A stretch of DNA of 64,000 nucleotides from the human T2T-CHM13v2.0 reference genome, Homo sapiens. The position numbers and the translations under genes are program-made. Below, piece after piece: positions 59,187-64,000 of this stretch. Within the stretch, counting starts at the first letter, position 1, and each line of letters starts with the position of its first letter. The notes under the pieces were generated by a model. It did not search any database. It saw nothing but the letters and a program-made list of their open reading frames with translations, and was not told where the DNA came from. Location: NCBI RefSeq assembly GCF_009914755.1, contig NC_060925.1. One strand, 5' to 3'.

Positions 59187-61845
59187 AGATAAGGAGCTTA
59201 GAGAAAAAAAGGTTGCAGAAGCCAAGTAAAAGCTAAATTACTGGGATAGTTCAACACCTGGTAAGGAAGAGATGAATTTCTAACATCAAGCAACTTCAAG
59301 AAGAAACAAAAATACAGAAATCTAAGTATATATAATCACAAAAAGTATGAGAATGTGCTCGATGTTGGGGTGGGGACAGAAATGGTACTCATAGAGTAGA
59401 AGTCTGATGGCATTCATGGGGAAAAGGCTCCTAAGGAGCAGTGCCATTAATAGTTGCAGACCAACAGCAGTGATCATGGTGTGGTCAGACCTCAGCCATG
59501 AAGACCACACTGTGCCAGTCTCCTGGAGGAACTACCCCAGAGCCACTGAGGAGCTTTCCCCCAACCCAAGAGACCATGACACTTCCACCCATGTCACTGA
59601 GCTGAAGCGAAACAAGGCCCAGCAGTGACAACGAACACTCCAAGGACACAATGCAGTGCCAGGTGCCAAGTGAAAATCCGAGAGGCAAGGGCTGGGGACA
59701 GCCTGTGCTGGAGGGTAGGTTCTGGCAGAGGTGAAATGCAGACACACACTCAGAATGCCGCCACAGACAGGGAGCCGGAGCCAGGCGGCAGAGAGTGAGT
59801 GACCTGGCAGACGCTGGCCAAGAACACAGGGCTCCCCGACCCTCAGGGTAAAGGAAGACAAGCAAAGGCCAAGTTGAGTGCTGAATTCACAGCACAAATG
59901 GAAGTGAACCCCAGCACCAACAGGGACTCCCGTGTGAAATACGCCCAAGGGCTGCACAGAGAGGGGCATGTTTGCATGGGGGAAGGTCAGGCCTGCAACA
60001 GCAGATATTGTGACTAGGATGCTCTGTTTGTAAGTAGATGCTTTTTCCTGGACAGACACAGTCAGTCTGTCTCTCAGGCCAGAAATCCAGGCTCCAAAAT
60101 GTCCTGCCCAAGCTGGCTCCCATCACCTCTTGGGAAAGTGAAACAGGCCAAAACATCTATCTTGTCTTAGGCCGCTAATCATTAAATCTAAGCTCCCACC
60201 CCAGAGGGCTCACAACTCAGCCATAAGCAAAACCCAGACTGGCAATAGCACTGGCACCTGCTATCCTGACTATGGGCTGGGGCTGAGTGAATGTGGCCAC
60301 TCTGCTAACCACTGGTCACAGCTCCTGCTGCCTAAAATACAGGAGGACAAAGTCTTCTTGGGACTGAGGGAGTAACCCAATGTGCCTCTTGGCTGGCTGC
60401 TCAAAATCTTGGCCCTGCCAATGGATGGAAATAATTTCCAGAGAGACAGAGTGTGGTTGGGCCATGTGAGAGGGACTTGAGGAGAACATTACTCCATTCC
60501 TCAACAGCGGAACCTGTAGCCTGTGCCAGGCCAGACATGGCCGGGATTGAGGGGTCTTGGCCAGACTCCCTCCAGGCACAGGTTGGTGCCCTCAGACGCT
60601 GCTGCTGCTCTTGTGGGCAGGAGGAGATGTCTCTAGGGTAGGAAGAACCTAGGCCTCTGATGATTTATGGGTCTGTGCTGACCTCTGTGTGACCACATGG
60701 GTTTAGCACCATGTGACTTAAAAATGGAGTCGCTTTCCTGCCTCACAACAAACTTCTGCTCTACTTAACTGAGTCAGATCTAGACAGCAGGAATCATAAA
60801 CACAAGTGGGGCAGGGGATTCCCCAAACACTTCTGACTTGAACTTTCATTTCCATACTGCCTTATCCCCCAAGCAGGGGCACGTCCGTACCTGCAGCCTA
60901 GGACAGAGGAGAAAAGAGACCAGGGCCATTATGCATGGCCTGGGTGCAGGTCCGAGCTTTCAGCAAAGTGCCAGCTTTGCCAGGAGCAGGGACAAAACTT
61001 CCAGGGCCGAGACTCTCATTCAGGGGTGGGAGAGGAGCTGGGGACTGTCTAAAACATAACAGTTAATATTTGGGATACGTTTTCATAATGTGAAACCATA
61101 CCAAAAGTAAAGTTCCACAAAACCTTTGATGATGTGAATACTTCCTCTGCACTGGGAGGGGATGTTGACCAGAATCTTTGGGGGTGGGAGGCAGTCCTGT
61201 GGTTGATTTATTTACTGAAGGTAGGTGTTGGAATTACACTCTTTTAGAGGGTTCAGCTCTCTGAAACCCCCTGGGACCACTGGACAGCCATTATTCTCAG
61301 GCTAGGATTTGACATAGGCCTCCGAGGCCAATGTTCTTTCTCCAAAAGCAGCACAGCAACAACAGCTCTGCCTTAAAAGACAGAAGATTACACTTAGAAG
61401 ATTTCTCCAACGCCACATACTTTGGAGGTGAGAGGAGTACCCCATCACTCTCCCTCTGAAAACTTCAAAACCTTCAGAGGCCAGGGTGAATATTTAGAAA
61501 GCAGGCGGGTCCAACAGAAAGAACGGCCATTGATCTATTCCAAAAAAATAATGTGTTTGGGGCCCATGTGTCAGGTACAGCGCGAGGCACTTTTTAAGGA
61601 GCTCCACCCTTGGCTGGCAGGAACTCCCTCGGTCAGCAGAGGCTGGTAAACTAAGAAAGCAAGATGCTAGGAGGACAGCTGGCTCCTTAATCCCACCCTG
61701 GCCCCCCAAACAAGACAGCTCAAGTCTTGCCGGCCCTGGAGGCCCAGGCACTTGGACATCACTTGCTCTATGCCTTTCTTGGGAGGCAGAGCTTAGTGGG
61801 GGTTGAGGAGAGATCTACAGGCTGAGTGCGCTCATGACACAATCA

Positions 61846-62193
<348 letters not shown>

Positions 62194-62559
62194 TTACCAC
62201 TGGAGCTTCTGAGAGCCCTAAATCACCATAAGGGTAGAGGAAGGAAGACAGGAGGAACTGAGATGCTGAGATAAGCTGGGATGTCCCAGCCCACTTCCCT
62301 AGAGAGGCCCTTTCCTAACAGCCAGCGGGAGAACCCTGTTCACGGAGCCCTATCACTGACCTCGAGGGCAGCACCAGCATCCACAGTCAGGTCATCCCGA
62401 GAGTCGTAACCACTGTTCCTGCCCCAAACCCAATGACCCTCTCAACCCCATCCAAATAGCCCAGGATGAGCCACAAGACAGGGCCTTAGAACCCTGGGGG
62501 TGTAAGACACCCTGAATGTCATCTGGCCTCACCTTCCACTGAGACAAGAAGATTCCGCC

Positions 62560-62770
62560 TTGGGTTAGAGTCCAAGGTGTGGGATCTTGGGTGAGTTATT
62601 CCATGTCTTGCCTAAATTCTCTCATCTATAAAGTAGGGCTGATAAGCTCATCATACCTCTTCACAGTGTTGCTGTGAAGATTAGAGTCTATTTGAGTAAA
62701 GCACTCAGCAACAGTGCCTGGTACCCAACAAGTATTCAGTAAGGAAAGTTATGGCTACTGTTTTCATTAT
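62560..62770 (+). mobile_element. MIR remnant
   Basis: GATCTTGGGTGAGTTA...CTCATCTATAAAGT...GTTGCTGTGAAGATTA...GTAAAGCACTCAGCAACAGTGCCTGG. Confidence 0.7.
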
Positions 62771-64000
62771 TAGCACCCCTGCATGGTGGACATTCGCTCA
62801 TGTGTAAACACTACAGGGCCCACGGAAGGAGCTGGAGACCTGACAGGGTCACCCATCTTCTCTCCCTCACATCCTTCACAGCCCATAAAGCAAGACAGGA
62901 ATCCAGCTCCCAACACCAACGTCTGCCTCCCTGTCACAGCTACCCACTGGCCCCAGGGCTGCCCCCTGAGGTACCACAGGGTAACTCTGACACCCACATC
63001 ACCTGACAGTGCTTTAAGCACACAATACTGTACCTAGCAAACCCCCTCTCACCAAAATCTCTACCTCTCTGGGCCACGCAGTCTCATGTTTTTAACCACT
63101 CTTCACGTGCCAGCAGCTCTGCTCTGTACTTCAACTAGTAGTTTGACATTTTCCCTCCTAATTGAGATCAGGAACTGGAGCGGCCCTCCAAAAGTGGCCT
63201 GAGAAGGCCAAAGGGCAGCCGGCTCTGATCTCCCAGAGAACCTTCTTCCTCCCTTAGGAGTCCTCACTCCCTGTCTTGCTTAATCTTCCCCTGCCCCTCA
63301 ACTCCCAACCCAGCCCTCCCATACACACAATAATTAAAACCTTGCTATGTGCCTTCTTCAGACCCTCTCAGTCTTGAGCTTAGGAATCTGCCAATAAGCC
63401 TTTGTTGAATTATTTCTGTATGACACACACTAAGCCATTTCACATATATTATCTCCATTAATCTGCTCAATTTCCCTTAGCTGGGAATCAATCCCAATGC
63501 TCACCTGCTCCTTTTTCGAGAGTTAGCTGGATAGATTCTTTCCACGTGGCCAAACTCCAGCAAGGAGAAGGTGCTTTGATACTCTTGATGTTGGACAAGA
63601 GTCTGAGACCCATGGACTCTACTAGACTAAGCAATATGTCTACCTGTATCCTTCACTCTTTCCCAGATGAGATAGACAGCAATCCTGCAGGCCCCACGTT
63701 TGCCATGATTGTTCTTCCTTCTCCAGATGCCAACAGTTTAACCCCTTGTTACAATTTAGAGCCAAGATAATAGGCTGTCATGTCTCATGTCACACGTGGC
63801 TCATCTGTAGCCTCCAATTAGAGTCTGAACTTTTCAAAGAAAGGGTCCAGGCAAGCTTCAAAATTCTTTTTTCATTCTTGCCAAAGCGATACTTCTAGCA
63901 GCACTCAATCAATACTTGCTGATTGCCTGATTGGACTAGATTAGGCCTGTCAACATGACAACCCCTAAATCCCCAACAAACACACTGGAAATGGGCTCAC

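Overview
Human (primate) genomic DNA from the CD46 / miR-29b-2~29c locus (1q32.2), recognised from exon and mature-miRNA sequences. Bases 1-24.3 kb hold the 3' part of CD46 on the + strand: a repeat-filled intron 9, then exons 10-14, encoding the juxtamembrane segment, transmembrane helix and the alternative CYT-1/CYT-2 tails, and a ~1.9 kb 3'UTR. About 6 kb downstream, the convergent minus-strand host gene MIR29B2CHG (C1orf132) ends near 30.3 kb and carries pre-miR-29c and pre-miR-29b-2. Its likely promoter(s) lie at ~51.4-52.9 kb, next to the three CpGs used as the C1orf132 age marker. Most ORF-track entries are repeat-derived or chance ORFs. I see no new multi-gene system. The best leads are: (1) an intronic, antisense L1PA whose antisense promoter and open ORF0 point into the CD46 tail exons, with one donor phase-compatible with exons 13/14; (2) a MER85 with its CSB-PGBD3 palindrome between the two tail exons; (3) a (GGGGC)/(GGGAC) pentamer array that may drive a transcript antisense to the miR-29 host gene; (4) a 100-codon ORF between the two hairpins whose stop codon is the first 3 nt of miR-29c-5p; (5) dual-frame coding in CD46 exon 14. 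Repeat subfamily calls are by eye and their boundaries are approximate.
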